Position numbers and translations under genes: made by a program. Below are positions 19,609-29,442 of a DNA stretch of 64,000 bases, piece by piece; within the stretch, counting starts at the first letter, position 1; each line of letters begins with the position of its first letter. The stretch lies in NCBI GenBank assembly GCA_044229975.1, contig JBGARZ010000008.1, positions 288,001-352,000 of the forward strand, read 5' to 3'. Under the pieces are notes generated by a model. The model was not told the origin of the DNA and did no database searches. It saw nothing but the letters and a program-made list of their open reading frames with translations. This stretch comes from Polyangiales bacterium. Lineage in GTDB: Bacteria; Myxococcota_A; Polyangia; Polyangiales; Ga0077539.

Positions 19609-21828
19609 TCACATCCCGAGGCGCACGTCCTCGGTCAGGCCCACGGGGCCGACCGGGGCGGCACCGAGCGCGACGGACGTTCCGCCCGCGCCGCCCGCCG
19701 CGGGCGTGGTCGAGCGAGCGTAGCGGGGCATGTTCAACGTCGGCGCCGTGCCCACGTAGAGAACGCACACCGACGGGCCGCCCGCCCCGCCCGCCCCGCT
19801 GCCACCCGGACCGCCGCGACCGCCGATGGCGCCGTTGCCGCCGTTGCCCGAGTTCGAAGCGCCCATGCCGCCGCCACCGCCGCTGCCCGGAGCACCTGCG
19901 CCGCCGCCGTTGCCACCGCGACCGCCCACGCCGCCGGCGCCCGCCGTGAGGCTGCCGCCGTCGATGGTGACCATCGCGCCGACGCTCAGCACCGCGAAGC
20001 TCCCGCCGCCACCACCACCACCGCCACCCGCCGTCCCACCGCAGCCGCCTGCCCCGCCGCCGCCACCACCACCGCTACCGGTGCCGCAGCACATCAAGGT
20101 GCCGCAGGGGATCGAACCGCCACCACCGCTGCCGCCGCCGCCGCCGCCGCCGCCCGCGCGCCCGGGCGTGCCCACGCCACCACCCGGCGGAACATAGAGC
20201 CCCGTATCCGTCGCGAACGAGCCGACGTTGCTACCGGCGGTTCCGTTGGCGCCGTTGCCACCCGGGCTGCCAGCCGCCGCCGCACTCGCAGGCGCCGCGC
20301 TACCACCGTTGGTCACGACGCCCGCCACGCAGAGTCCCGCGCCGCCGCCGCCGCCCGCTGCGCCGCCCGCACCGCCGCCCGTCACCATCATCCCGGCGTT
20401 GCCCGACACGCCCGCGGCCTGGCCGAAGCGACCCGCTCCGCCTCCGCCTCCCGCACCCGCGCACGCCGAGGTACCCGCGGTGCCCGCCGCGCCGTTGGAC
20501 GACGTCGCCACGCCGCCCATCCCCCCGTTAGCCCCCGTCGCGCCCATCACGCCATCGGTGCCCGCCACGCCGACGGCGCCCGCGCCCGCGGTGATGGTGC
20601 ACGCCTGCAACGTCAGCCGACTGCTCCCGCCGCGCGCCCTCACGCCGTAGCTGCTCTCGCCCGGCGTCGTCGCCGCCGCCGACACGATGGTCAGCCGTTG
20701 CAGCACCGTCGCCCCCGCGAGCTCGTTCGCCACCACCGCCGTCGTCCCACCCTGGATCGTCGTCACGTTGCCCGCAGCGCGCGTCCAGTCCGACCCGTTG
20801 TAGCCGCCGTAGAGGCTCACCCCGGACGCGAGCGTGATCGTCTCCGCGTACGTGCCCGCAGCGATGTACACCGCGAAGCCCACACCCGCCGCCTGCGCCG
20901 CCGTGATGGCCGCCGCGATGGTGCGCTTGGGCTCTGCGCGCGTCCCAGGTGCCGCGTCGTTGCCGCCCTCCCGCACGAAGATCGCCCGCGCCGCGATGCC
21001 GTCGACACCGTCGCAGTTGGTGTCCATCCCGGTGAGGTCGGGCTCGTCGGGGTTGGTCCGGCAATCCACCATGCACGCGCCCGCGGTGCACACCATCCCG
21101 GCGCTGCAAGCCCGCCCGCACATGCCGCAGTTGCGCGCGTCGGTCTGGTAGTCGGGACCCTCGTGACCGCAGATGCGGGCGCCCGCGTCGCCGACGCCGC
21201 CGTCACCCGCCGCGCTCGCGGTGCAGCGGTCGACGGTGCACGGGTCCATGTCGTCGCAGTCGAAGGCGGGCGCTCGCTCGCACTGGTTGCGCGTCGTGTT
21301 GCAGCGCCAGGCGCCCGTGCAGATGTCGCCGCCCATGCTCGCGCACGCGCTGTCGTCGGACGCCGAACACTGCACCGGCGCCACGCAGCCGCCCGTGCAG
21401 GCGCCGCCGCCCGACGGGCAGTCGACCACGCACATCTGCCCGCCCGTGCACATCGAGCTGGTCGCCACGTGATCACAGCCGCCGCGGGTCGTGTTGCAGG
21501 TGTCCACCGTGCACTCGATGCCGTCGTCGCAGTTCGCGCGGGCGTGCGTCTCCTCGCAGAAGCCCATCCGGCAGACCTGTGCGTTGATGCAGAAGTCCGA
21601 CGCCGTGCACTGGTCGTCGCGATCACAGCGCCGCCGCGGAACGTCCGCCGGCACGTCGCCCTGCACGTCGACCGCACCCACGTCGGCGGGGCGATCGACG
21701 GCGGTGTCACCGAGGTCGGTGCGCGGGCCGGTGTCCGCCGGACCGCCGTCGGCGTTGCCGTCGATGCGCGCCCAGGGGACGCAACCCACCGCGAGACAGA
21801 GTGCCACCACCGACAGACGTGCAGACAT
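19609..21828 (-). CDS. Lipoprotein with Cys-rich repeats, DUF1565/beta-helix-like region and PGRS-like Gly-rich C-terminus
   Basis: Lipobox LAVGC, CDDGIECTVDTC repeats, DTNCDGVDG, GNDAAPGTRAEPKRTI, long GGxGG tracts. Confidence 0.82.
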   Translation of the reverse strand: MSARLSVVALCLAVGCVPWARIDGNADGGPADTGPRTDLGDTAVDRPADVGAVDVQGDVPADVPRRRCDRDDQCTASDFCINAQVCRMGFCEETHARANCDDGIECTVDTCNTTRGGCDHVATSSMCTGGQMCVVDCPSGGGACTGGCVAPVQCSASDDSACASMGGDICTGAWRCNTTRNQCERAPAFDCDDMDPCTVDRCTASAAGDGGVGDAGARICGHEGPDYQTDARNCGMCGRACSAGMVCTAGACMVDCRTNPDEPDLTGMDTNCDGVDGIAARAIFVREGGNDAAPGTRAEPKRTIAAAITAAQAAGVGFAVYIAAGTYAETITLASGVSLYGGYNGSDWTRAAGNVTTIQGGTTAVVANELAGATVLQRLTIVSAAATTPGESSYGVRARGGSSRLTLQACTITAGAGAVGVAGTDGVMGATGANGGMGGVATSSNGAAGTAGTSACAGAGGGGGAGRFGQAAGVSGNAGMMVTGGGAGGAAGGGGGAGLCVAGVVTNGGSAAPASAAAAGSPGGNGANGTAGSNVGSFATDTGLYVPPGGGVGTPGRAGGGGGGGGSGGGGSIPCGTLMCCGTGSGGGGGGGAGGCGGTAGGGGGGGGGSFAVLSVGAMVTIDGGSLTAGAGGVGGRGGNGGGAGAPGSGGGGGMGASNSGNGGNGAIGGRGGPGGSGAGGAGGPSVCVLYVGTAPTLNMPRYARSTTPAAGGAGGTSVALGAAPVGPVGLTEDVRLGM

Positions 21829-21969
21829 CGTCGCAGACCATAGCGCCATTGCCCGCGCGCGGAACCCTCCGATCAACAGCGTCGTGCGCTGCGTTCACGC
21901 CCCTACACCGAGGCGCGAGGTCCTCGTTGCGTCGTGCGACCGTCCCGCGGCAGCATCGCCGCGCACCCG

Positions 21970-22200
21970 ATGACCGACCCACGCGCCCTCACCGCCGACC
22001 AGGCCTGGCTGCTCAAGCTCGCACGCACGCGCATGCCCTACGGGCGCCACCAGGGGATGCTGCTCGTCGAGCTCCCGGAGCCGTACATGGTGTGGATGGC
22101 GCGGCAGGGCTTCGACGACACCGAGCTCGGTCGGATGCTCGCCATCGTCCACGAGGTGAAGGTCAACGGGCTGGAGTATCTGTTCGAGAAGATCCGCTGA
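21970..22200 (+). CDS. DUF3820 family small protein
   Basis: LARTRMPYGRHQG..LVELPEPYMVW..GF..ELG..EVKVNGLE. Confidence 0.85.
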   Translation: MTDPRALTADQAWLLKLARTRMPYGRHQGMLLVELPEPYMVWMARQGFDDTELGRMLAIVHEVKVNGLEYLFEKIR

Positions 22201-22375
22201 GCCCACGCCGACGCCCACACCGCCAGCGCCGCCACCACGGCTCGCAGCCTGATCGTCATCGCGCGCTCCTCGCCGCCTGCCGCCGAGACCGCGGCGACCG
22301 TATCGTCGCGGCTCCCGCAACGTCAACGCCGCGCTCGACCGCGCCGCCGCACCCGCGGTACTCCTCGCGCCCGTC

Positions 22376-23323
22376 GTGAGCACGCGTTCGTTTCCCCCGC
22401 GCGAGCGGCGCATCCGCACCGAAGACGGCGACGAGATCATCGTGCGTGGCGACCGGGTGCGCCTCACGGGCAACCTGTACCACCTGTTTCTGCGCGCCTC
22501 GTGGCCGGTCGCGCTCGGCATCATCGTCGCCGCCTTCCTCGCGATGAACCTCGTCTTCGCCCTCGCGTACGTGGTCGTCGGCGGCGTCGAGGGCGCGCGG
22601 CCCGGCAGCCTCTTCGACGCCTACGCCTTCAGCATCGAGACCATGGCCACCATCGGGTACGGCGAGATGCACCCGGCGTCCGTGGGATCGCACCTCCTGG
22701 TGATGATCGAGGCCGTCGTGGGGCTGCTGGTGACGGCGGTGGTGACGGGGATGGCGTTCGCGAAGTTCTCGCAGCCGACGGCGCGCATCATGTTCAGCGC
22801 GCGGGCGGTGATCGGGCCCATCAACGGCGTCCCGACGCTGTCGTTTCGCGTCGGCAACGAGCGCAACAACCGCATCCTGGAGGCGACCGTGCGCGTGGTG
22901 ATGGTGCGCACCGAGCGCAGCGCCGAGGGCGAGACCTTCTACCGCATGCACGACCTCCCACTCGTGCGCGAGCGCTCCCCCGCCCTCTCCCGCTCCTGGA
23001 ACGCCATGCACGTCATCGACGCCACCAGCCTGCTGCACGGATGCACCCCGGAGTCGTTCACCCGCGACGAGGTCGAGCTGCTGGTCACCGTGGTCGGCAC
23101 CGACGACACGTCGCTCCAGCCCGTGCACGCCCGCAAGCGCTACCTCGACGGCGAGATCACCTGGGGCGCCCGCCTGGCCGACATGCTGGAGCTGCGCCCC
23201 GACGGCAGCTTCGTGCTCGACCTGGAGCGCTTCCACGAGATCGCCCCCACGCGCCCCACCGAGACCTTTCCGTACCCAATGAAGTCCGTGTCCGATGGTT
23301 CTTCGGACGAGGAACGCCCATGA
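22376..23323 (+). CDS. Inward-rectifier potassium channel (KirBac-like)
   Basis: FSIETMATIGYG filter, 2 TM helices, FAKFS, PTLSFRVGNER cytoplasmic domain. Confidence 0.93.
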   Translation: MSTRSFPPRERRIRTEDGDEIIVRGDRVRLTGNLYHLFLRASWPVALGIIVAAFLAMNLVFALAYVVVGGVEGARPGSLFDAYAFSIETMATIGYGEMHPASVGSHLLVMIEAVVGLLVTAVVTGMAFAKFSQPTARIMFSARAVIGPINGVPTLSFRVGNERNNRILEATVRVVMVRTERSAEGETFYRMHDLPLVRERSPALSRSWNAMHVIDATSLLHGCTPESFTRDEVELLVTVVGTDDTSLQPVHARKRYLDGEITWGARLADMLELRPDGSFVLDLERFHEIAPTRPTETFPYPMKSVSDGSSDEERP

Positions 23324-23979
23324 CCATCACCCGCCCATCGACCCTGCTGGTCCTCACCACGCTGTTGTCTCTCGGCGCCTGCGGCCGACGCTCCGGCGGC
23401 CCTCCCGCGATCGAACCCACCACGCGACCCGTCGTGGCGGTGGATGTTCCCGCGGCAGTCGATGTCCCCGTCGCGGTGGATGTTCCCGTCGCGGCGGATG
23501 CTCCCGTCGCGGTTGACGTGCCTGCGGTCCCCGACGAGGGCGCGCTCAACGAGCGGTTGCTGCGCGGCCTCGCCGACGGGAGCATCCCGCTGACGGCGAG
23601 CGTCGACCCGGCGCGGGGCGTGGTGTTGGTGAGCTACATCGAAGCGGGCCCCAACGGCGGCCGCGAGCGGCACACGACGCAGCGGCTGTGTGGGGCTGCG
23701 GCGACCAACGCGGCGCTGCGGCAACGGTTGCAGGCGCTGGTGACGCAGGCGCGGGAGATGGAAGGGCCGCAGTGCGACGCGGAGTCGTGCGCGGCGCGGG
23801 GCATGGAGTACCAGCCGACGCTGCGGGCGTACTTCGCGCAGAGGCCCGACGGGTCGCGGGTGCTCGTCGCAGCCGTCGAGGTGAGCGAGGCGCTCCTGGG
23901 CGACGAGTGGATCACGCGGACGCGGGCCTACGTCGACGCGAGCCTCGCGCGAGCACGGTCGACCCGCTGCCCACGGTAA
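23320..23979 (+). CDS. Hypothetical lipoprotein with (V/A)AVDVP repeats
   Basis: Lipobox LGAC, tandem 6-aa repeats; ATGA overlap with the channel gene. Confidence 0.72.
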   Translation: MTITRPSTLLVLTTLLSLGACGRRSGGPPAIEPTTRPVVAVDVPAAVDVPVAVDVPVAADAPVAVDVPAVPDEGALNERLLRGLADGSIPLTASVDPARGVVLVSYIEAGPNGGRERHTTQRLCGAAATNAALRQRLQALVTQAREMEGPQCDAESCAARGMEYQPTLRAYFAQRPDGSRVLVAAVEVSEALLGDEWITRTRAYVDASLARARSTRCPR

Positions 23980-23982
23980 CCG

Positions 23983-26211
23983 CTAGGGCGCGGTAATGGT
24001 GAGGTCGTAGGCCGGGTTGTACATGGTGCCGTTGTACTGGCAGTCCACGAACACGTAGTAGGTCGTTCCCGCGGTGACGGTGAGGGAGACGTTTTCGGTG
24101 GGCCACGAGCCTGCCTGCGAGTCGCACGCGACCTGACTGCCGGTGTCGCAGGAGGTCTGGCGGACGTAGAGCGTCGCGGGCCAGAAGTCGCCCGTCAGAC
24201 GCACCGTCGCGGTGCCAGAGCGTGATGGTGTCCAACGCCAGATGCGCTCGACGCCGCGGCTGTTGGAGCTCGCCCCGCAGGTGGCCGAGTGGGTGCCGGC
24301 GCCGTTCATGTTGCCGGTGAAGCGCCCGCCCGCGGGGGCCGCGACGTACGGCAGCCCGCAGGTTCCGTTGCCGCAGCCCTCGTCGACCGCGCCGTCGCAG
24401 TCGTCGTCCATGTTGTTGCACGCCTCGGCGGCAACGTTGGCGACGCAGCTCCCGTTGCCGCAGCGGTTGTACCCGGCGCTGCACTGGAGCCCGCACGTGC
24501 CCGCCGAGCAGGTCGCGGTCGCGCTGCCACCACTCGGGCAGACGTTGCCGCAGCGCCCGCAGTTGGTGGTCGACGAGAGGGCCGTCTCGCAGCCGTTGCT
24601 CGCGGCGCTGTCGCAGTCGCCGAAGCCGTCCGCGCAGCGCGATCCGCACGCGCCCGCCGTGCAGGTGGCCGTCGCATTGGAGCCGGCGGTGCAAGCGTTT
24701 CCGCAGCGCCCGCAGTGGCTCACCGAACCGCGGGTGTCGACCTCGCAGCCATCCGACGCGACGCCATTGCAGTCGGCGAACCCGGCCGCGCAGGTGAACG
24801 CGCAGACGCCCGCGGCGCACGAAGCCGCGGTCGCGTTGGCGGGCACCGGGCACGCCGACGCGGCGCCGTAGCCGAGCCCATCGGAGCGGCAGGTCTCGAC
24901 CGACGAGGCGCCCGAGCAGCGGCGCGCGCCGGGCGAACAGATCCAGCCGGAGCACATGCCGCCGGTGCACGAGGAGCCCACCGCGCACGCGACCGGAGAG
25001 CTGCCACTGCCGTCGGCGGCGCAGACGTTCATGGTCGCGAGGTCGCGGCAGGTCGAGCTCCCAGGCGTGCACGCCCACGCGCGGCAGGCGCCATCACGGC
25101 ACGACTGCCCGCTCTCGCAGGGGCGCGTCGTGTAGCCCTGACCGTCGGCCGAGCACACACGCGAGGCCGTGCCCGAGGCGCACTCCACGGCGCCGGGAGT
25201 GCACGTCCACGGAACACACGCGCCCATGACGCACCCCGCCCGCTCGCCACAGGAGACGTTGGTGGTCGCGAGGCCGTCGGCGCCGCAGACCCGGCGCACC
25301 CTGGCGTCGACGCAGGTCGACGCGCCGGGCGAGCACACACGCGTCACGCAGGCGCCATCGCGGCACGAGCGATCGGCGGGACACGCGGTGGTGGTGGAGC
25401 CGAGGCCGTCGTCGTTGCACACGGCCACGCCCGTCGCTCCCTCGCAGCGCATCGCGCCGGGGGTGCAGGTGCGCGACACGCAGCGACCGGCGGAGCACGA
25501 CTCGCTGGCGCCGCAGGTCTGCTCGACCCACGCGCTGCCGCGGGCGTCGCAGCGGCGAGCGCGGCGGGCGTCGAGGCACTCGATGGCGGCGGGCGTACAC
25601 ACGCGCGGTCGGCAGATGGCGCCCGCGGTGCAGTAGAGCCCGTCGGCGCAGTCGACGTCGGAGGCGCACTCGACGCACTGCCCGCGGGCGGTGTCGCAGA
25701 CCAGCATCAGGTCGCTGCACTCGCGCGACGAGCGGCAGGTGCGCGGCGGAGGGACGCAGGCGTTGGAGCGGCAGACGGTTCCGTCGGCGCAGTCGGGGTC
25801 GGCGTTGCAGTCGACGCAGAAGCCGCGGGTCGGGTCGCAGACCTGGCCGGGGCACATGCGCGACGTGGTGCAGGTGACGGCGGGGACGCAGCGGCTCCCC
25901 CTGCACGAGCGCCCGCTGCCGCCACAGTCGTCGGGCGAGACGCACTCGACGCAGCGCCCGCGAACGCGGTCGCACACGTTGCCCGCCGCGCGACAGGGCG
26001 TGTCGTCGACACAGGTCGTGGTGCCGATGTCACCGATGGAGGGGACGTCGGAGAGCTCACGATCGAGCGCGGGAGTCGCGTCGCTGGCGACGTCAACGGA
26101 TGCGTCGACCGGAGGCACGTCGGACCCGGAGCTCGGCGGGAGAACCACCGCGGGTGTGCACGCTGCGAGCAGGACGAAGAGGAGGGCGAGGCGGGTGGAC
26201 GGGGCCGACAT
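23983..26211 (-). CDS. Large Cys-rich repeat lipoprotein with C-terminal PPC-like beta domain
   Basis: Lipobox LAAC, CTPG repeats, DCNGVASDGCE, HCGRCGNAC, DDDCDGAVDE, VTAGTTYYVFVD. Confidence 0.85.
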   Translation of the reverse strand: MSAPSTRLALLFVLLAACTPAVVLPPSSGSDVPPVDASVDVASDATPALDRELSDVPSIGDIGTTTCVDDTPCRAAGNVCDRVRGRCVECVSPDDCGGSGRSCRGSRCVPAVTCTTSRMCPGQVCDPTRGFCVDCNADPDCADGTVCRSNACVPPPRTCRSSRECSDLMLVCDTARGQCVECASDVDCADGLYCTAGAICRPRVCTPAAIECLDARRARRCDARGSAWVEQTCGASESCSAGRCVSRTCTPGAMRCEGATGVAVCNDDGLGSTTTACPADRSCRDGACVTRVCSPGASTCVDARVRRVCGADGLATTNVSCGERAGCVMGACVPWTCTPGAVECASGTASRVCSADGQGYTTRPCESGQSCRDGACRAWACTPGSSTCRDLATMNVCAADGSGSSPVACAVGSSCTGGMCSGWICSPGARRCSGASSVETCRSDGLGYGAASACPVPANATAASCAAGVCAFTCAAGFADCNGVASDGCEVDTRGSVSHCGRCGNACTAGSNATATCTAGACGSRCADGFGDCDSAASNGCETALSSTTNCGRCGNVCPSGGSATATCSAGTCGLQCSAGYNRCGNGSCVANVAAEACNNMDDDCDGAVDEGCGNGTCGLPYVAAPAGGRFTGNMNGAGTHSATCGASSNSRGVERIWRWTPSRSGTATVRLTGDFWPATLYVRQTSCDTGSQVACDSQAGSWPTENVSLTVTAGTTYYVFVDCQYNGTMYNPAYDLTITAP

Positions 26212-26472
26212 GGCGCCGGAGTACAACAGCGCGGGGGGCGTGTCTCTTGGCGCCCGGGTGGGCGTCACGTCTCCTTGCAACGCGGGCGGGTCGACCGGCA
26301 CCCCAAAGGTCACAGAGCACCAACGATCGAAAATGGCCTTCAAGCATCAATTGTCTTTACGGACATCCGTGTCTGGAGTACACAGGTCCATCGTCATGTC
26401 TGCCTGTCTTCACCATCCGCATCGTTATTGACCGCCTCGGGCTCGCGGCCCGATCTGGCATCGTCAATCAAC

Positions 26473-26557
26473 GCGGATGTGACCTGAGCGGCAATAGGAC
26501 CGGGCTGTAAACCCGGCGGCCACAAGCCTTCGTGGGTTCGAGTCCCACCATCCCGCA
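26473..26557 (+). tRNA. Atypical tRNA-Tyr (anticodon GTA)
   Basis: Acceptor GCGGATG/CATCC(C)GC with a 3' bulge; D arm CCT-GAGCGGCAAT-AGG; anticodon arm CCGGG-CTGTAAA-CCCGG; long variable arm GGC-CACAA-GCC; T arm GTGGG-TTCGAGT-CCCAC; discriminator A; ends ACCG (no encoded CCA). Confidence 0.8.
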
Positions 26558-26630
26558 CCGCCCGGCGCTGGCGCCCTTCGTGGGAGTTGGCGGACCGGTT
26601 GTTCAATGGAGAAAGAGAGGGTTTTGCGTC

Positions 26631-27309
26631 ATGGGAGTCATCATCGAGGTTCGCGCGGCGGAGGGCGGGGCGGACGCCCGTTCATTGGTGTCAGAGCAGG
26701 TTGCCGTGTATGTGAAGAGGGCGCAGCGAAAGTGTCTTTGACGTCGAGATCACCGACAGCCGGGAAGGGCGCATCGTCCTCCTGGTGACCGGGGAGTGGG
26801 CGCACGATGCGTTCAAGCACGAGGCGGGCGGGCATCGGTGGCAGCGGGTTCCGCCGGGCGACAAGCGGGGTCGGGTGCAGACGAGCACGGTGACGGTGGC
26901 GGTGCTGTCGGAGCCGACGGCGACGCAGCTCACCATCGCGCCGGGCGACCTCCAGTGGGCCTTCAGCCGAGGCAGCGGCGCGGGCGGACAGAACCGCAAC
27001 AAGACGGATTCCGCCGTCGACCTCACGCACCGGCCGACGGGCGTGGTGGTGCACTGCGAGAGCGAGCGTTCGCAGCAGCAGAACAAGGCCAACGCGCTGG
27101 CGATGCTACGGGCGCGATTGTGGGAGGCGCGCGTCGAGGCCGACCACCAGGCCCGCAGCGCGGCGCGACGCGAGCAGCTCGGAAGCGGCGAGCGCGGCGA
27201 CAAACGATGGACGGTGCGAACGCAGGACGACGTCGTGACGCACCAGGTGTCGGGGCAGAAGTTCAGGCTGCGGGACTACCTCGAAGGGGACTACGAGGTG
27301 GCGAGGTAA
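26631..27309 (+). CDS. Short class I release-factor-like protein (GGQ), about 225 aa via +1 frameshift at CTT-TGA-C (26736-26742)
   Basis: Frame 0: MGVIIEVRAAEGGADARSLVSEQVAVYVKRAQRKCL*; +1 frame continues DVEITDSREGRIVLLVTG..FKHEAGGHRWQRVPPGDKRGRVQTS..RGSGAGGQNRNKTDSAV..HRPTG..CESERSQQQNK..GSGERGDKRWT; GAGAGG RBS upstream. Confidence 0.85.
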
Positions 27310-27323
27310 GGGGGCGATCGAGC

Positions 27324-27464
27324 CGACCTCCCCCCGCTGCCGCGCGCCCCTCTCCCTGGCAGGAGAGGGGCTGATCTCACCTGACAATTCGAGGTCGAAC
27401 GCGTGCGTCGACAGAGCCCCTCTCCTGCCAGGGAGAGGGGCGCGCGGCAGCGGGGGTGAGGTCG
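27324..27464. repeat. About 50-bp inverted repeat pair of the [22 protein letters not shown]-like type
   Basis: 27324-27372 versus 27415-27464, identical except one indel; each arm is itself a hairpin; lies just after the release-factor stop. Confidence 0.85.
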
Positions 27465-27489
27465 ACGCGGCCTCGTCGTATCCTCCTGC

Positions 27490-28593
27490 ATGATGACGCG
27501 ACGCCCGGTGTTGCTCTCCCTCGGATACACCGCCCTCCTCGGCTGCGGCGACGCCCACCTCCCGATCACCACCACGGACGTGCCCACCGTCGCCACGGAC
27601 GCTCCCGTCGGTCCGCCACCGGGCAACCCCGATGGAAGCTGCGAAGTCCCCGTCGAGGCCCGCGCCGCCGACGTCTCCTCTCCGCGCACCGTCGTCGGCA
27701 CTGGAACCCCCGCGAGCTGCACCGGCGACGCCTTCGTCGCGGCCGTGGCGCGCGGCGGCGTCATCACCTTCGACTGCGGCCCCGACCCGGTGACCATCAC
27801 CCTCGCGCGAACCGCCAAGGTCTTCAACGACACCGGCCCCGACATCGTCATCGACGGCGGCGGGCGCGTGACCCTGAGCGGCGGCGGGCGCACCCGCATC
27901 CTCTACATGAACACCTGCGACCCGTCGCAACACTGGACCACCTCGCACTGCGACAACCAGGACCATCCCCGGCTCACGGTGCAGAACCTCACCTTCGTCG
28001 ATGGCGACTCGCGCGCGGAGACCACCTACGACGGCGGCGGCGCCATCTGGGTTCGTGGCGGGAGGTTTCGCGTCGTCAACAGCCGCTTCTTCCGCAACCG
28101 CTGCGCCGACGTGGGGCCCGACGTCGGGGGCGCGGCGGTGCGGGTGTTCAGCCAGTTCGAGGGGCGACCGGTGTACGTGGTGGGCTCCACCTTCGGCGGC
28201 GCCGAGGCCGACGGCAACCAGTGCTCCAACGGCGGCGCCATCAGCAGCATCGGCGTGAGCTGGACCATCCTCAACAGCGTCTTCTCGCACAACCGCGCCG
28301 TCGGCCGCGGCGGCAACCCGGCGACGTCGGGGCCCGGCGGCGGGAGCGGCGGGGCGATCTACAACGACGGCAACCGCATGACCCTCTCGCTCTGCGGAAC
28401 GCGCATCGAAGACAACGAGGTCGTCCAGCACGGCAGCGGGATCTTCTTCGTCACCAACGACCACACGGGCGACGTGCGCCTCGACCGCTCGGCCCTGCGC
28501 CGCAACCGCGGCGGGAGCTGGTACGCCGTCCGGCCGCAGATCTCCTGCCACGACGACACGCCCATCGCGGTGATCGACAGCGTCTTCGAGTAG
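27490..28593 (+). CDS. Secreted lipoprotein, pectin-lyase-like right-handed beta-helix
   Basis: Lipobox LLGC, VGTGTPASCT, GGVITFDCGP, GGGAI/GGAIYNDG, FxxN repeats. Confidence 0.8.
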   Translation: MMTRRPVLLSLGYTALLGCGDAHLPITTTDVPTVATDAPVGPPPGNPDGSCEVPVEARAADVSSPRTVVGTGTPASCTGDAFVAAVARGGVITFDCGPDPVTITLARTAKVFNDTGPDIVIDGGGRVTLSGGGRTRILYMNTCDPSQHWTTSHCDNQDHPRLTVQNLTFVDGDSRAETTYDGGGAIWVRGGRFRVVNSRFFRNRCADVGPDVGGAAVRVFSQFEGRPVYVVGSTFGGAEADGNQCSNGGAISSIGVSWTILNSVFSHNRAVGRGGNPATSGPGGGSGGAIYNDGNRMTLSLCGTRIEDNEVVQHGSGIFFVTNDHTGDVRLDRSALRRNRGGSWYAVRPQISCHDDTPIAVIDSVFE

Positions 28594-28596
28594 GCG

Positions 28597-29442
28597 CTAC
28601 GGACGGACGGCGAGGAGCGCGGCGGTCTTCCCGGGCGCGGCCGCCGTCATCATGTCGACGAGCATGCGCGCCTCGGCGGGACCGAGCGCGCCGAGGTCGC
28701 GCAGCATCGCTGTCCGGCTGAGGGACCACAACAGCGACGCGACGACCGCGCGCGGCAGTCGGCTCAGCACCGCGACGAAGGATGGCTTCACGTCGTGACC
28801 GAGCCCGCGCACCACGTCGAAGCCGGTCGCCATCGCCTCGGCGTACGTTCCTGCTTCGCGCCACGAGATGCCCGCGCCGCGCCCGGCGACGAGCACGCCG
28901 ATGGCCATCAACGGGATCACCAGCGCGGCGTGCGAGCGCAGCCACGCGTGCATGTCGGGCTCGACCACGGTGGGGATGCCCGCGTCGGTGAAGGTCTTCG
29001 CCCAGGGGGCGTCGTCCGCGGTGGTGCCAGGGTTGATCCGTGGCTTGATCCTGCCGTCGATGAGCAGCGTGAAGACGCCGGCCGGGAAGCCGAAGGCGAA
29101 GCGCCGCGCCCCCACCGCGTCGCGCAACGGGTCGAGCGGCTCGAAGGTGTTGAACATGAACATCACCCTCCGCGCGGCGCTCTCGCGCAGCGATGGGAGG
29201 ACGGCCGCCACCTGCGGTGCGAGCACGGTCACGAGCACGAGGTCGTAGGCGATGGAGGGGTCGAGCGCGGGGTGGACGGTGACGGCCGCCCGCTCACCCG
29301 AGACGAGGACGATGGCCTCGTCGCGCTGGAGCTGTTCGAGGCGGGCGCCCCGCGCGACCACGGTGACGGCGTGCCCCGCCCGGGCGAGCTGGTAGGCGAA
29401 GGTGCTGCCGATGGCGCCTGTTCCGATGACGGCGATGTTCAT
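28597..29442 (-). CDS. Ketopantoate reductase family protein
   Basis: MNIAVIGTGAIG Rossmann motif, VTVVARGARL, YDLVLVTV, WLRSHAA. Confidence 0.85.
   Translation of the reverse strand: MNIAVIGTGAIGSTFAYQLARAGHAVTVVARGARLEQLQRDEAIVLVSGERAAVTVHPALDPSIAYDLVLVTVLAPQVAAVLPSLRESAARRVMFMFNTFEPLDPLRDAVGARRFAFGFPAGVFTLLIDGRIKPRINPGTTADDAPWAKTFTDAGIPTVVEPDMHAWLRSHAALVIPLMAIGVLVAGRGAGISWREAGTYAEAMATGFDVVRGLGHDVKPSFVAVLSRLPRAVVASLLWSLSRTAMLRDLGALGPAEARMLVDMMTAAAPGKTAALLAVRP

Noticed and set aside
18358..21843. 1161-aa + strand ORF and similar long shadow ORFs (e.g. 24289-26487, 52490-55234, 4487-6364)
   Set aside because: Arg/Ala/Pro-rich antisense or off-frame shadows of real genes, expected in high-GC DNA
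22038..22259. Minus-strand ORF with RBS and signal-peptide-like start (MTIRLRAVVAALAVWA)
   Set aside because: Runs antisense into the DUF3820 gene after about 20 codons; at most a stub
26590..26615. Third tRNA (GTTCAATGG D-loop-like)
   Set aside because: No anticodon or T arm follows; it runs into the RBS of the RF-like gene
26631..27309. Canonical prfB or prfA
   Set aside because: Lacks domain 1, has neither SPF nor PxT, and the frameshift is at a non-homologous position
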